Below, piece by piece: positions 1-9,692 of a stretch of 24,000 nucleotides of DNA (the first letter of the stretch is position 1; the number at the start of each line of letters is the position of its first letter). Below the pieces are notes generated by a model. That model was not told the DNA's origin. It made no database searches and worked only from the letters and a program-made list of their open reading frames with translations. The DNA lies in NCBI GenBank assembly GCA_965372465.1, contig CBDVCK010000006.1:12258-36257 (forward strand). Reading direction: 5' to 3'. Both the position numbers and the translations under genes were made by a program. This DNA comes from an uncultured Thermoplasmata archaeon (GTDB lineage: Archaea; Thermoplasmatota; Thermoplasmata; GCA-020350865).

Positions 1-991
1 TGCATCTCTGCTCTACATATTCCCACAGGCTTCCCTCGAATATTGCCTGTTTGATTCTCGCGATTTCTGCGAATGTGACATAAAGGTTGTGCATGGCGAT
101 TGCCTTAAAATCACCTTCTTTGTGCATGTCTTGCAGGGTTTTTACGGTATTTTCGCAACACACAGGACATGAACATGGAAGTTCGGTCATATCCACAAGC
201 TTTCTCGTACCAAAGGAAAAGAGCATTCTTCCATCTTTTGCAAATTTAATATATGAGGCCGAATCAAAGAAATCGCATCCCAAAAGTACGGCCAGGCCAA
301 GGAACATGGGATGACCGGCACCGAAAAGGTGCACAGGTCTTGAGGGTAAAAGGCCCTGTTTGGAGGCAATAATGATCTCCACCAGTTCCTTGTATCTGTA
401 GTTCTCCATTAAAGGGACCACACCGCCAATGGGATGATATTCGCAATCCAGACCAGACAGACTCTCGGCGCAGGACTTCCTAAGCTGTGGAAAAATACCT
501 CCTTGAACTGTACATGCCAGCGCCATTTCACCTTTGATACTCACAGCCTCAGATGCTCTTTTTATGGTCTCTTCCATATCGCTTCTGACCTTTTCCTTAT
601 CATCCGAAATTTCGGAGAAAACGTCCAGGATCGTGCCAACATCCGAGCCAATGTTCTTCTGGAACTTGACAATCTCTTGAGGGTTTACGTCCACATCCCC
701 GTAAACGTGGCTTTGAAAGGTGCCTGAATCGGTCATTACGGCTCCATCATAATCCAAAAGAGCATGCACACCCGCGCTCTCCGCCTTCTTTTTCAAGTCC
801 TCGTTTTTACGGATGATATAAGCGTTCGTAATCACCATCTCCGTCCTAAAATACCTCTTCATCTCAGTGGGTGTGATGATCATCCGATTGGGATTTATTA
901 CCGGCATCAAGGCCGGAGTTTCCACATCACCATGTTTGGTGTGAAGGACTCCGATTCTACCTAAACAATCCCTTGCCCTGAGTTCGAACAT
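1..991 (-). CDS. tgtA: tRNA-guanine(15) transglycosylase (archaeosine TGT), N-terminal ~330 aa; the 3' end runs off the left edge
   Basis: Missing from the supplied track because it is edge-truncated. My own reverse translation from ATG (991..989) gives MFELRARDCLGRIGVLHTKHGDVETPALMPVINPN...GGVVPLMENYRYKELVEII...HLFGAGHPMF...ELPCSCPVCC...HNLY... with no stop down to position 2. This matches my memory of archaeal TGT (TIM-barrel core, CxCxxC zinc site). The + strand ORFs at 87..964 are antisense shadows. Confidence 0.85.
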   Translation of the reverse strand, partial: MFELRARDCLGRIGVLHTKHGDVETPALMPVINPNRMIITPTEMKRYFRTEMVITNAYIIRKNEDLKKKAESAGVHALLDYDGAVMTDSGTFQSHVYGDVDVNPQEIVKFQKNIGSDVGTILDVFSEISDDKEKVRSDMEETIKRASEAVSIKGEMALACTVQGGIFPQLRKSCAESLSGLDCEYHPIGGVVPLMENYRYKELVEIIIASKQGLLPSRPVHLFGAGHPMFLGLAVLLGCDFFDSASYIKFAKDGRMLFSFGTRKLVDMTELPCSCPVCCENTVKTLQDMHKEGDFKAIAMHNLYVTFAEIARIKQAIFEGSLWEYVEQRC

Positions 992-1058
992 GCTTTGAGA
1001 ATAGCGGAGGGGGATATTATTTTTTGTCTTGGGAAAGGTATGGATGATCAAATTCGAT

Positions 1059-2978
1059 TTAACCCTTCTTTTTCGCCATGAGTATAACCAGGATAATGAC
1101 CACGATTATCACTGGGAGGATAAGAAATAACGGGTTGAGCTCGCTTGAATCGGACTTATCGCTAGGTGTCCTATCCGAGCTTGCGGTGGTAAAAGAGAAC
1201 GAGTAACCTGATTGGATATTGTTTCCTGCAAGGTCCTGGGCATTGCTTGATATCGTGAGAGTGTGTGTTGTATCTGCCTCCAGAGAAACGGTAAGGGTTA
1301 GCTCCGTGCCACCATTAGCCCATGATCTTTCTATTATCGAGCCTTCTGAAATGGATATGGCACTTTCCGTCACAGCCGCGTTCATGGACTCGCTAAATGT
1401 TATTATAACCTCTGTTCTCACAGCCACATTATTGGCATTATCACTTGGATTTGAGCTCACAATTGATGGGGGTGTAACATCCACGTTGGATCCAGTGGTA
1501 AAGGAAAACTCGTATGACGATTCCAGATTGATGCCGTTTGCGCTTCTTGCATTAGTGCTGATGGTTATGGTATATAGATAGCTCGTTTCTAAATTTGCAG
1601 AAGGTGTGAACGTTACCACGGAATTTCCTGCGGACCATGAAGAACTTACCGTAATATCGGGCGAGGTTGAAATTGCATTTCCGGTGGTTGTTGTATCCAT
1701 GCCCCTGCTGAAAGTTATCGATATTCCTGTGTTGATTGGTATATTTGTCTCACTATTGCCAGGCGAGGTCGATTGGATGGTGGGAGGTGTTAACTCGCTT
1801 CCCAAATTCTTCCAGAATTCCAGTCCTCCTCCATTGAATCTACCAACAACTGCATCCGGTTTTCCGTCACCTGTCACATCTTTTACTTCTGTGCCAATGC
1901 GATCGCCTGAAGTGGGTAGACCACCTGAATCCTCGGTCCAAGTACCTGTCCCGTCACCATAATAGACCCTGATACCTCCATAGCTGAGAACACCGCCTGT
2001 GATTAGATCTATATTGCCATCCTCATCAAAATCCGCGGCAGATAGCTCGATGTACTCGCCTTCGGTTGGCAGTCCGGTTGATGCGCTGCTCCACGAAGCC
2101 GCGTTATTAACATTCCTGTAGGCACGCAATCCCACGCCGGACCCTGCATCGTAGGATGATATGACAAGGTCCATTGAGCCGTCATTATCCACATCCGCAG
2201 CCTTTACTCCCGTAAACCTTTCGGAAGGAAGACCTGAAGAGGATTCACTCCATGACATGGCACCCCCACTACCACCGTTTCCCAGATAGACAGAAACCCC
2301 GGGATAACCACCTGTGGCAACATCAAGGTCTCCATCATTGTTAAAATCTGAAAAAATGACACTGCTATCCGTGTTCTCATTACCTGGCAGTCCCACTGAA
2401 TTGTCTGTGAAAGTTCCGGTCCCGTCACCTGTGTAAACATGGATTCCATAGGAAGAACCGTAGCCGCTTGTAGCCGCAAGATCGATATTGCCATCACCGT
2501 TCACATCATCAACAGCTACACCTCTCCACTTTCCCTGGGTTGGAAGATTTGAGGATGCTGACACATCAGTAAACCCACCATCCCCATCCCCCTTGAAAAC
2601 ATAGATCCCCGGTGTCGAGGAATCGCTATTACCTGACCCACCCACAAATATGTCCAGGTTCTCATCCGAATCGTAATCACCTACCACAACATCTCCGAAA
2701 CCCCCGCTTGTTGTGGGATGTGAAGCAACTGCTGTCCAAGAGCCTGTTCCATCACCTAAATATACACGCACCCCGTCTCCATCAGAGGCTGCTATGATAT
2801 CCTGATAACCATCATTATCCATATCACCGAAGGTCACCCCGAAATACGTACCAGTGGTGGGTAGACCGTTCGATGAATCCCCCCAGCTTGCTGGTTCAGC
2901 ACCTAATCCCTGGCTGGGAAGGAATCCAAGGGCTAAAAATAACATCATTGTTACAACGAAAATCAGCATCTTTTTCAT
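1059..2978 (-). CDS. Cell-surface FG-GAP (integrin-alpha-like) beta-propeller protein with two Ig-like domains and a C-terminal membrane anchor
   Basis: 639-aa ORF. Signal peptide MKKMLIFVVTMMLFLALGFLPSQGLGA. Seven DxDxDG-type Ca-binding motifs (DMDNDGYQD, DYDSDENLD, DVNGDGNID, DFNNDGDLD, DVDNDGSMD, DFDEDGNID, DVTGDGKPD). Two repeats of the type PP(T/S)I.S(T/S).P....N(I/V)...T.I.ITFS..M, which resemble SbsA/Big_5 domains. Hydrophobic tail LFLILPVIIVVIILVILMAKKKG. GGAGG SD lies upstream of the ATG. Confidence 0.8.
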   Translation of the reverse strand: MKKMLIFVVTMMLFLALGFLPSQGLGAEPASWGDSSNGLPTTGTYFGVTFGDMDNDGYQDIIAASDGDGVRVYLGDGTGSWTAVASHPTTSGGFGDVVVGDYDSDENLDIFVGGSGNSDSSTPGIYVFKGDGDGGFTDVSASSNLPTQGKWRGVAVDDVNGDGNIDLAATSGYGSSYGIHVYTGDGTGTFTDNSVGLPGNENTDSSVIFSDFNNDGDLDVATGGYPGVSVYLGNGGSGGAMSWSESSSGLPSERFTGVKAADVDNDGSMDLVISSYDAGSGVGLRAYRNVNNAASWSSASTGLPTEGEYIELSAADFDEDGNIDLITGGVLSYGGIRVYYGDGTGTWTEDSGGLPTSGDRIGTEVKDVTGDGKPDAVVGRFNGGGLEFWKNLGSELTPPTIQSTSPGNSETNIPINTGISITFSRGMDTTTTGNAISTSPDITVSSSWSAGNSVVTFTPSANLETSYLYTITISTNARSANGINLESSYEFSFTTGSNVDVTPPSIVSSNPSDNANNVAVRTEVIITFSESMNAAVTESAISISEGSIIERSWANGGTELTLTVSLEADTTHTLTISSNAQDLAGNNIQSGYSFSFTTASSDRTPSDKSDSSELNPLFLILPVIIVVIILVILMAKKKG

Positions 2979-3151
2979 AGGCTTGGCCTCCTTCTACTCG
3001 CTTTAATTAGAAATCCTCCCTTTTTATAGATATGACTTTTCCCGAAAGTGATTTATTTGATAATTATATGAACAATATAAAATCTGGCTTGTATTATCAA
3101 AATTATGATTTTCCTGGGTAATCATTAAATACCAATCCAACTGGTTTTCCT

Positions 3152-3376
3152 ATGGCCATATATATGAATGAAAAGGTATGTTGGACCCTGTCAGGACGGA
3201 AAAAGATCTTTTTAGTGGATGAAAACAACAAGGTCATAAAGGAATTGCGCGACCTAGGACCTTTATCCAAGTTGGAAATGAAATGGGTTAAATCCAATAG
3301 CGGAATGCCATATGAGCAATGGCTTAAAACCAAAAACAAGGAAGCGGAAGAGGAGATGGTTATACAGCATTCATGA
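3152..3376 (+). CDS. Hypothetical small protein (74 aa)
   Basis: It is the only ORF in an otherwise empty ~420-bp gap. An A/T box (attaaata, ~3122-3129) lies ~25 nt upstream of the ATG, which is compatible with a leaderless archaeal mRNA. There is no SD and I recognise no family. Confidence 0.3.
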   Translation: MAIYMNEKVCWTLSGRKKIFLVDENNKVIKELRDLGPLSKLEMKWVKSNSGMPYEQWLKTKNKEAEEEMVIQHS

Positions 3377-3395
3377 TTTCATACCGTCTATTCTC

Positions 3396-4682
3396 TTATT
3401 TTTCGGCAACTAGTTTTGCAATCTCGATTATCACAAAAGCCCCTTTCTCCATGGATTGTACCGGTATGAACTCCTTTTTACCATGGAAGTTTATCCCACC
3501 GGCAAAGATATTGGGTGTGGGAAGGCCCATAAAACACAGCCTGGCACCGTCTGTTCCACCGCGTATGTTTTTCAAATTAGGCTCAAGGCCAATCCTTTTA
3601 CAGGCCTCTAATACGATGTCAAGTACATGGGGGTGCTTGTCAAGTACTTCCTTCATATTCCTGTAGGAATCCTTAATTTCGATATCTATTTCGATTTTCG
3701 GGAACTGTTCGTTAACCTTGTCCTTGATTTCCTCAAGTATCCTCTGTTTTTCTTCCATACCCGAATCATTGAAATCACGGATCAAAATCTTGATTGTGGT
3801 TCTCTCAACACCTCCTTTAAAGGAATTTGGATGAAGGTACCCCTCCCAGCCCTCTGTGGTTTCTGGTGCCATGTCCTGCGGGAGAAGGGTTATAAAGAGT
3901 CCTGCAGCTCTCATGGAATTCCTCATCTTGTTCTTGGCGTATCCTGGATGCACGTTGTAGCCTTTTACTGTGACTTTTGCTGTTTGTGCGTTGAAAGTCT
4001 CGTTCTCGACCTCGCCGATTTCACCACCATCTATGGTGTATGCAAAATCAGCTCCAAACCTGTTTATATCAAAAAAATCTGTTCCTTTGCCAACTTCCTC
4101 ATCAGGTGTAAAAGCCACTTTTATCTTACCATGCTTTATTGATGGATCAGTTACCATTGTTTCCAATGCAGTCATAATTTCAGCCACACCTGCCTTGTCA
4201 TCCGCACCAAGTAAGGAGATACCATTGGAAGTGATGATATCCTGTCCAATGTAATCTTTAAGCTCTGGATTCTCTGCAGGGGATATCGTTACATCCCCTT
4301 TTGGAAGTATAATCTCGTTTCCTTGGTAATTTTTCCAAATAATTGGATCTGTGGCCCCCGACACATCTGGTGAGGTATCCATATGGGCCATAAAACCCAC
4401 CACTGACTTTTCTTCAAATCCAGGACTGGATGGGAGTGTGGCCATTACATAACAATTTTCAGAAACCTCTGCATCCAAAAGGCCTATTTTTTTTAATTCT
4501 TCTGCCAACATATTCGCTAGATTATATTGTTTCTCGGAAGAGGGGACATTATCTACCTCGTACTCCGATTGGGTGTCGATTTTTACATATCTTAGAAACT
4601 TGTTTACAACGGATTCTACCATAACATCACCAGGCCCATTATTTATAGGTAAATCAAGGTCTAATCTATTATAATTTGCCAT
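3396..4682 (-). CDS. pepT: Peptidase T (tripeptide aminopeptidase, M20B family)
   Basis: 428-aa ORF with FLRYVKIDTQSE, GFMAHMDTSPD, LLGADDKAGVAEIM, FTPDEEVG and GGTDGA motifs typical of PepT. An alternative start at Met21 (4622) is possible. Confidence 0.9.
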   Translation of the reverse strand: MANYNRLDLDLPINNGPGDVMVESVVNKFLRYVKIDTQSEYEVDNVPSSEKQYNLANMLAEELKKIGLLDAEVSENCYVMATLPSSPGFEEKSVVGFMAHMDTSPDVSGATDPIIWKNYQGNEIILPKGDVTISPAENPELKDYIGQDIITSNGISLLGADDKAGVAEIMTALETMVTDPSIKHGKIKVAFTPDEEVGKGTDFFDINRFGADFAYTIDGGEIGEVENETFNAQTAKVTVKGYNVHPGYAKNKMRNSMRAAGLFITLLPQDMAPETTEGWEGYLHPNSFKGGVERTTIKILIRDFNDSGMEEKQRILEEIKDKVNEQFPKIEIDIEIKDSYRNMKEVLDKHPHVLDIVLEACKRIGLEPNLKNIRGGTDGARLCFMGLPTPNIFAGGINFHGKKEFIPVQSMEKGAFVIIEIAKLVAEK

Positions 4683-4711
4683 TTTATATCTTGTATAATA
4701 AAATATGATAC

Positions 4712-4766
4712 GGGCAGTGGAATCTTTTTATGTTAATTGCATTTGAAACAGCAGGTCTCCACTGCC
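4712..4766 (-). terminator. 9-bp inverted repeat (ggcagtgga/tccactgcc, 37-nt spacer) with T-rich flanks on both sides
   Basis: Read directly: gggcagtgga at 4712-4721 and tccactgcc at 4758-4766. It lies between the stop of the 71-aa gene and the pepT promoter. The long loop makes it a weak terminator candidate. Confidence 0.3.
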
Positions 4767-4874
4767 TATTTTTAATATGCGCATGCTTATTCGGAAGCTG
4801 CGTATTTATGCAACCCCAAATTGATATGAACGCTGTCTACCAACCATATGGCCGTAGAGGAGTGAATATTGGGT

Positions 4875-5090
4875 TTATTTCCTTGCCATCTTCGCTTCCG
4901 CCACATATCCTTTCTTGTCGAGGTAGTACATGTGACCTTTCTTTTTACTGATCTTCTCTGATCCAACTTTTTTCTTTCTGCCGCGTTTGTTCGATTTCAT
5001 TGGTGCACGCCATACATATCCATCTTTTCCGACATAATAAAGATAGCCGGACTCTCTTTTAATTTGCTCACTTCCTATTCGTTTTCCCAT
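4875..5090 (-). CDS. Small, highly basic protein (71 aa) built from an internal tandem duplication; candidate nucleic-acid-binding protein
   Basis: Strong SD (AAGGAGGT, 7-nt spacing) and an adjacent TATA-like gtatatatta. 22 of 71 residues are K/R against 6 D/E. Residues 6-32 and 43-69 align at 13 of 27 positions (GSE.I....G..YY..K.GYV..A.M). Confidence 0.7.
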   Translation of the reverse strand: MGKRIGSEQIKRESGYLYYVGKDGYVWRAPMKSNKRGRKKKVGSEKISKKKGHMYYLDKKGYVAEAKMARK

Positions 5091-5344
5091 CAGGAAACCT
5101 CCTTAATATATACCCTATAACGCGTTCGAGGTATATTAATTTTTTATCGACGGGGAAATCGAGAGAAACCATAAAAAAACCGCGAATCTCGGGCTAAAAT
5201 GCGCTTTTTACTCTTATTGAGCAGGTAGATTTACTGATTTTTATTTGATCCTTTTCAATGACCTGAATTTAATTATGAAAAAACGTCGATATCTTTCAAA
5301 ATATTGTTGAAAAACGATTATAAATTTTCGTCAAATGACGATAA

Positions 5345-5354
5345 TTTTTATATA
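5345..5354 (+). promoter_or_regulatory. TATA-box candidate for fhs
   Basis: tttttatata sits ~40 nt upstream of the ATG at 5393. This would place the transcription start site (TSS) just upstream of the GGGGAGGT SD (5381-5388). Confidence 0.4.
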
Positions 5355-5392
5355 TTCATAATCATATGCCCCGCAACACAGGGGAGGTAAAT

Positions 5393-7111
5393 ATGAAATC
5401 TGACCTAGAAATAGCTCAAGAAGCGAAGCTTAAACCTATTATAGAGATTGCAAAATCTATGGGATTAGAAGAAGACGATATAGAAATGTACGGTAAATAT
5501 AAAGCTAAGATTAAACTCGAACTCTTGGAGAAATTAAAGGACAGACCGTATGGTAAGTACATTGATGTCACAGCAACAACACCCACACCACTTGGTGAGG
5601 GGAAGACAGTAATTAACATTGGACTGACACAGGCTCTTGCCAAGATAGGTAAGAATGTTATAAGCACTTTAAGAGAACCAAGTATGGGGCCTGTTTTCGG
5701 AATCAAGGGTGGCGCAGCAGGTGGAGGTTACGCCCAAGTTGTGCCCATGGAGGATATCAACCTGCATTTTACAGGTGATATCCATGCCGTTGGTGTTGCC
5801 AATAACCTGCTTGCAGCAATGATAGATAACCAGTTGTTCCACCCAAAATTCAAGAGGAAGAACCTGCTGAACATCGACCCGAATTCAATAACGTGGAGAA
5901 GGGTTGTGGATCTGAACGATAGCGCATCCACCAACATCGACATTGGGACTGTATCAAAGCATGAAACCACGGGCTATCCAAGAGATACAGGCTTTGATAT
6001 TACAGTGGCATCCGAGGTTATGGCAATTCTGGCCCTTGCAACCGATCTCAAGGATCTAAGACAAAAGCTCGGAAAAATCATTGTTGCCAAAGATAAGGAT
6101 GGAAAACCCATAACCGCCGAGGATCTGAAAGCGGCAGGAGCCATGGCCGTTGTTATGAAACAGGCGTTGAAACCAAATCTTGTTCAGACCTTGGACAATG
6201 TTCCATGCATAATGCATGCCGGTCCTTTTGCAAACATCGCTATCGGGAACAACTCAATAATTGCTGATAGAATCGCATTGAGATTGGCGGATTATGTGGT
6301 CACAGAAAGTGGTTTTGCTGCTGACTGCGGCGCCGAGAAATTCCTCAATATCAAATGCCGCATAGCAGGTCTTAAACCGGATTGTATAGTGCTTAATACA
6401 ACTATCAGATCCCTTAAGATGCATGGCGGTGGATACGAGTTCCCACCAGGCAAGACACCGCCAAAAGAGGTCATGTTCGGTGAGAACGTAGACGCTGTAA
6501 GAAAGGGTTGTGTCAACCTTGCCAAGCATATAGAGAACATGAAGAAGTTCGGAGTACCAACCGTGGTTTGTATAAACAGATTCACACCTGACACAGATGC
6601 AGAGGTTGAGGCAGTTACTGAAGAGGCGGGGAAGGCTGGAGCGGATGCCTGTGTTCCTGTCACAGTCTGGGCAGATGGCGGGGATGGTGGAATCGAACTT
6701 GCAAAAGCCGTGGTCGAGGCTTGCGAGAAACCCAACAATTTCAAATTGCTTTACCCGGACGATATGCCAATTCGGGGAAAGATCGAAACCCTGGCAAAGG
6801 AGATCTACGGTGCCGATGGAGTGGAGTTTTCCGAGCTTGCCGAGGAGAAGATGAAGCTTTACACTGAGTGGGGTCTTGATAAGTTGCCAATTTGCATGGC
6901 AAAGACCCATCTATCAATAAGCCACGATCCCACAAAATTGGGTGCACCCAGCGGTTTCATGTTCCCGATAAGGGATATCAGACCTTCTGCCGGAGCAGGT
7001 TTCCTGTACCCGCTGGCAGGGGAGATGAGAACCATGCCTGGCATGCCTTCCCATCCTGCGTCTGAGAATGTGGATATTGATAAGAACGGCAAGACCGTTG
7101 GATTGTTCTAA
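5393..7111 (+). CDS. fhs: Formate--tetrahydrofolate ligase (formyl-THF synthetase)
   Basis: MKSDLEIAQEAKLKPI..., TPTPLGEGKTV, EPSMGPVFGIKGGAAGGGY, GPFANIAHG-like GPFANIAIGNNS and CMAKTHLS motifs. I moved the start from the track's 5366 to the ATG at 5393, which has a GGAGGT SD 5 nt upstream. Confidence 0.95.
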   Translation: MKSDLEIAQEAKLKPIIEIAKSMGLEEDDIEMYGKYKAKIKLELLEKLKDRPYGKYIDVTATTPTPLGEGKTVINIGLTQALAKIGKNVISTLREPSMGPVFGIKGGAAGGGYAQVVPMEDINLHFTGDIHAVGVANNLLAAMIDNQLFHPKFKRKNLLNIDPNSITWRRVVDLNDSASTNIDIGTVSKHETTGYPRDTGFDITVASEVMAILALATDLKDLRQKLGKIIVAKDKDGKPITAEDLKAAGAMAVVMKQALKPNLVQTLDNVPCIMHAGPFANIAIGNNSIIADRIALRLADYVVTESGFAADCGAEKFLNIKCRIAGLKPDCIVLNTTIRSLKMHGGGYEFPPGKTPPKEVMFGENVDAVRKGCVNLAKHIENMKKFGVPTVVCINRFTPDTDAEVEAVTEEAGKAGADACVPVTVWADGGDGGIELAKAVVEACEKPNNFKLLYPDDMPIRGKIETLAKEIYGADGVEFSELAEEKMKLYTEWGLDKLPICMAKTHLSISHDPTKLGAPSGFMFPIRDIRPSAGAGFLYPLAGEMRTMPGMPSHPASENVDIDKNGKTVGLF

Positions 7112-7149
7112 GGCAGAATTGAGGGGGGACCTTCGCCTTTCATTACCAT

Positions 7150-7181
7150 TGCCCCGTACGGGGCATTTTTTTCTTTTTTTT
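7150..7181. terminator. Bidirectional terminator between convergent fhs and xpd
   Basis: Perfect 16-nt palindrome tgccccgtacggggca (7150-7165) followed by T7-C-T8. The T-run overlaps the xpd stop codon. Confidence 0.55.
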
Positions 7182-9099
7182 ATTCCTTAAAAAAATCCCT
7201 GCAGTCCTTGATTAAATCCACACTTGTTTTCAGATCGGGGATATAACTCTTAAAATGTTTTGCCCGGTTATCGAGGATTACCGCAACACCTCTGTCCTTT
7301 TTATCCCTTATCAATCTGCCCAGGGTCTGCAAGAGCCTTCTCGTTGTGGGGGCTTTTACGGCATAATCCCAGCCCTTTTTGAATTTTCTATCATAAAATA
7401 TCTCCAGGGCCTTTTGTTTGGCTGAAGGTCTTGGATAGGGTATTCCAACAATCACCAAAAGCTCCATCTGCTTTGCGGGATAGTCAATCCCCTCGCTGAG
7501 TCTTCCCCCGATAACAGATAACAGGATTGCACCATCTTTTGACCCTGATTTGAAACCTTCCACCACATCCATTAGCTGCGATTGAGTCATTCCCTGCTGT
7601 TCAATAAAACATCTTTTATCAAGTGCGAATTGTAAACCGTTTCTTAAGAATAGATCCATGAGTCTGAAACTGGGGAAAAAGATAGCCGTGTTCTTATCAA
7701 ATGCCTTACTCAGATTCACGAGGTAATCTCCCATCTTGGGTATCAGATTCGAATCCCTTACAACATCCTCGAACCTTGTAGTCACATCGCTTACATATAA
7801 AACAATCCTGTTTTCCCTGGGAAAAGGCGAGGGGAAGGTGGCCATTTTTGAATCAAAAGGAAGACTCACAGAATCTCGATATTCTTCAAGTGGAGAAAGT
7901 GTTCCCGACATATGAATGGAGGCATGACAATCCAAAAGCGGCTGCGTTACCAAAGCCGGTTCAAGACAGTAAGTCTCAAGCTTCGTATTATCATGATCAT
8001 GTATTAATTTAATGAAATTCTCATCCTGCTTCTCCATCCAGAATGACAGGAACTGTCCCACCGAATGGATGTAGGAACGGGGAAGCAATCCATCCTTCAG
8101 CCTTACTTCCTTTATGATCTGGCCGTGTATGATTAGATCGCTTGCCATGGCTTTTATCTTTCTGCTTGTGGTACTGTAGCCCTGCATTAGTTCCGAAAGA
8201 AATTCACCTGGGGGAATGAATGCGTCTTCCTGACCCATGCTTAGGTATTCACTCTTAAAAGATACGATTATTTCTTCTATCCTATCCATAAGTTCCGAAA
8301 CAAACATTCCATCCGATGTTCTCAGATTTCCAAACTCCAAAGCTTCCTTTTTTCCAATCTTGAGTGTTGCAAGACCCAGTTCCATGGATTCGATTTCCCT
8401 TGCATAATCAGGAAGATTATGGGCTTCGTCAATGATAAGTATCATATCTTGGATTGCGCAATCCATCCATTCGAGAAATCGGGTTCTTATAAAGGGATTG
8501 AAAAAATAGATATATGGAGCACAAACCAAAGCTGCCTCCTTAATCGATGATTTATTCACTTCATAGGGACAGAAACCGAATTCATCGCATTTTTCCACGA
8601 ACTCTTCCACGGTAGGAAGGGTATCAGAAGCCCAGTTTTTTATATCTGAAATGTCCCCGATGCATATTTTTGCATAGTACTTACAAGATATCTGTTTTCC
8701 GCCTTCTGAAATGGACTTTAAAACCTCCATCTTCTTCTTACTGCATATCTTTGAGAGCTCGTCCGGAGAGCCACCCGTAAGTTGTGAATCGTGTTTCAGT
8801 TGCGGACACATCTGATGTCTGCCCTGAACACCCAGGCCGAAGATCTTCTCTTTTTTATTGATTTGTCGAAGCTCGTATAGAACCTGTCTTTGTTGGGAAT
8901 TGGTCCTGGTGAGATAAAGCACCCTTTTTTCGTTTCCTATTGCGTATTCCAGGGCCGGAACAAGGGCACAGACCGTCTTTCCGGAACCGGTTTTCGATTC
9001 AAGGACCAGATGCGATTTTGTGTCCACTGTATCCTTTATGAGGTTTAAAATTTCCAGCTGGTTCTTTCTTGGTTCGTACGGGAATAGTGAATGGACCAT
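7180..9099 (-). CDS. xpd: XPD/Rad3-family 5'-3' DNA helicase (SF2, Fe-S cluster domain)
   Basis: 639 aa. Walker A TGSGKT, DEAH box (IIDEAHNL), and a Cys cluster in the N-terminal insert (HQMCPQ, KICSKK, SCKYY, FCPYE). The C-terminal half is the helicase domain (GRLSEGIDY, GRLIR). Confidence 0.9.
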   Translation of the reverse strand: MVHSLFPYEPRKNQLEILNLIKDTVDTKSHLVLESKTGSGKTVCALVPALEYAIGNEKRVLYLTRTNSQQRQVLYELRQINKKEKIFGLGVQGRHQMCPQLKHDSQLTGGSPDELSKICSKKKMEVLKSISEGGKQISCKYYAKICIGDISDIKNWASDTLPTVEEFVEKCDEFGFCPYEVNKSSIKEAALVCAPYIYFFNPFIRTRFLEWMDCAIQDMILIIDEAHNLPDYAREIESMELGLATLKIGKKEALEFGNLRTSDGMFVSELMDRIEEIIVSFKSEYLSMGQEDAFIPPGEFLSELMQGYSTTSRKIKAMASDLIIHGQIIKEVRLKDGLLPRSYIHSVGQFLSFWMEKQDENFIKLIHDHDNTKLETYCLEPALVTQPLLDCHASIHMSGTLSPLEEYRDSVSLPFDSKMATFPSPFPRENRIVLYVSDVTTRFEDVVRDSNLIPKMGDYLVNLSKAFDKNTAIFFPSFRLMDLFLRNGLQFALDKRCFIEQQGMTQSQLMDVVEGFKSGSKDGAILLSVIGGRLSEGIDYPAKQMELLVIVGIPYPRPSAKQKALEIFYDRKFKKGWDYAVKAPTTRRLLQTLGRLIRDKKDRGVAVILDNRAKHFKSYIPDLKTSVDLIKDCRDFFKE

Positions 9100-9132
9100 A
9101 TGGGGGGATACACCAAAAATGGATAAAAACGT

Positions 9133-9570
9133 TTACTCTTCTTCTTCTTCCTCTTCCCCATTTCTTTTCCAGATATCATCTGGAATTTCTGAATATATTA
9201 TGCTCTCTTCCAGAGCCTCTTTCCGCTCCTTCTCTCCCGCAGCTTCCACAAGCTCTCTTATCTTTTCCTTTCTGAAAAGCCAGTAATGTATCCTCCATTC
9301 CCTACCATCATAAAGGGTTGTTTCTTCCCTCTCGGTGGTTAGAAGACCGGAATCCTCGAGCATGTAGAAAGCGTCCCTGTCCTCAGGTTCAAGCACATTG
9401 TCGATGATCCTATCGCTGTATCCAAAGAAATTCAGTACATGATTCGCCATGGATCTTGCCGCTTTTGTTTCCATACCGCTCTTGTCGATACTGTTCTTAA
9501 TCGCTTTTGTCAGGTCGTCCACAGTCAACGTTTCACCTGGACCTTTTTTGATTTTTGTCATATATGCCAT
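9133..9570 (-). CDS. Hypothetical protein with a poly-Glu C-terminal tail, immediately upstream of xpd
   Basis: I trimmed the ORF to the ATG at 9570 (MAYMTKIKKGPGE...), which has an AAGGAG SD 8 nt upstream. It ends ...WKRNGEEEEEEE, 33 nt before the xpd ATG on the same strand. No family recognised. Confidence 0.65.
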   Translation of the reverse strand: MAYMTKIKKGPGETLTVDDLTKAIKNSIDKSGMETKAARSMANHVLNFFGYSDRIIDNVLEPEDRDAFYMLEDSGLLTTEREETTLYDGREWRIHYWLFRKEKIRELVEAAGEKERKEALEESIIYSEIPDDIWKRNGEEEEEEE

Positions 9571-9692
9571 TTTTAACAGCTCCTTACCCCACATAACAAA
9601 CATCGGTTATTTGAGACACGCTACAGATATTACCAACTAGGTGTATATATAATTTTCGCGAGTGTTAACATCTTTGTTAATATCCTTGGATT

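Noticed and set aside
87-964. Four + strand ORFs listed at the left edge (75, 97, 66 aa and others).
   Set aside because: They all lie antisense to a continuous, recognisable tgtA reading frame on the minus strand, which the track omits because it lacks a stop within the window.
5091-5392. A 300-bp AT-rich intergenic region between the 71-aa gene and fhs could hide an RNA gene or small ORF.
   Set aside because: I found no conserved-looking helices, tRNA-like ends or ORF with a start context. A divergent promoter region is a sufficient explanation.
6254-6910. Long antisense ORFs inside fhs (218 aa, 150 aa), with similar ones inside purH (169 aa), pepT (171 aa) and the FG-GAP gene.
   Set aside because: Each is fully contained in a confidently identified gene on the opposite strand, and none has a start-site context. 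They are typical shadow ORFs.
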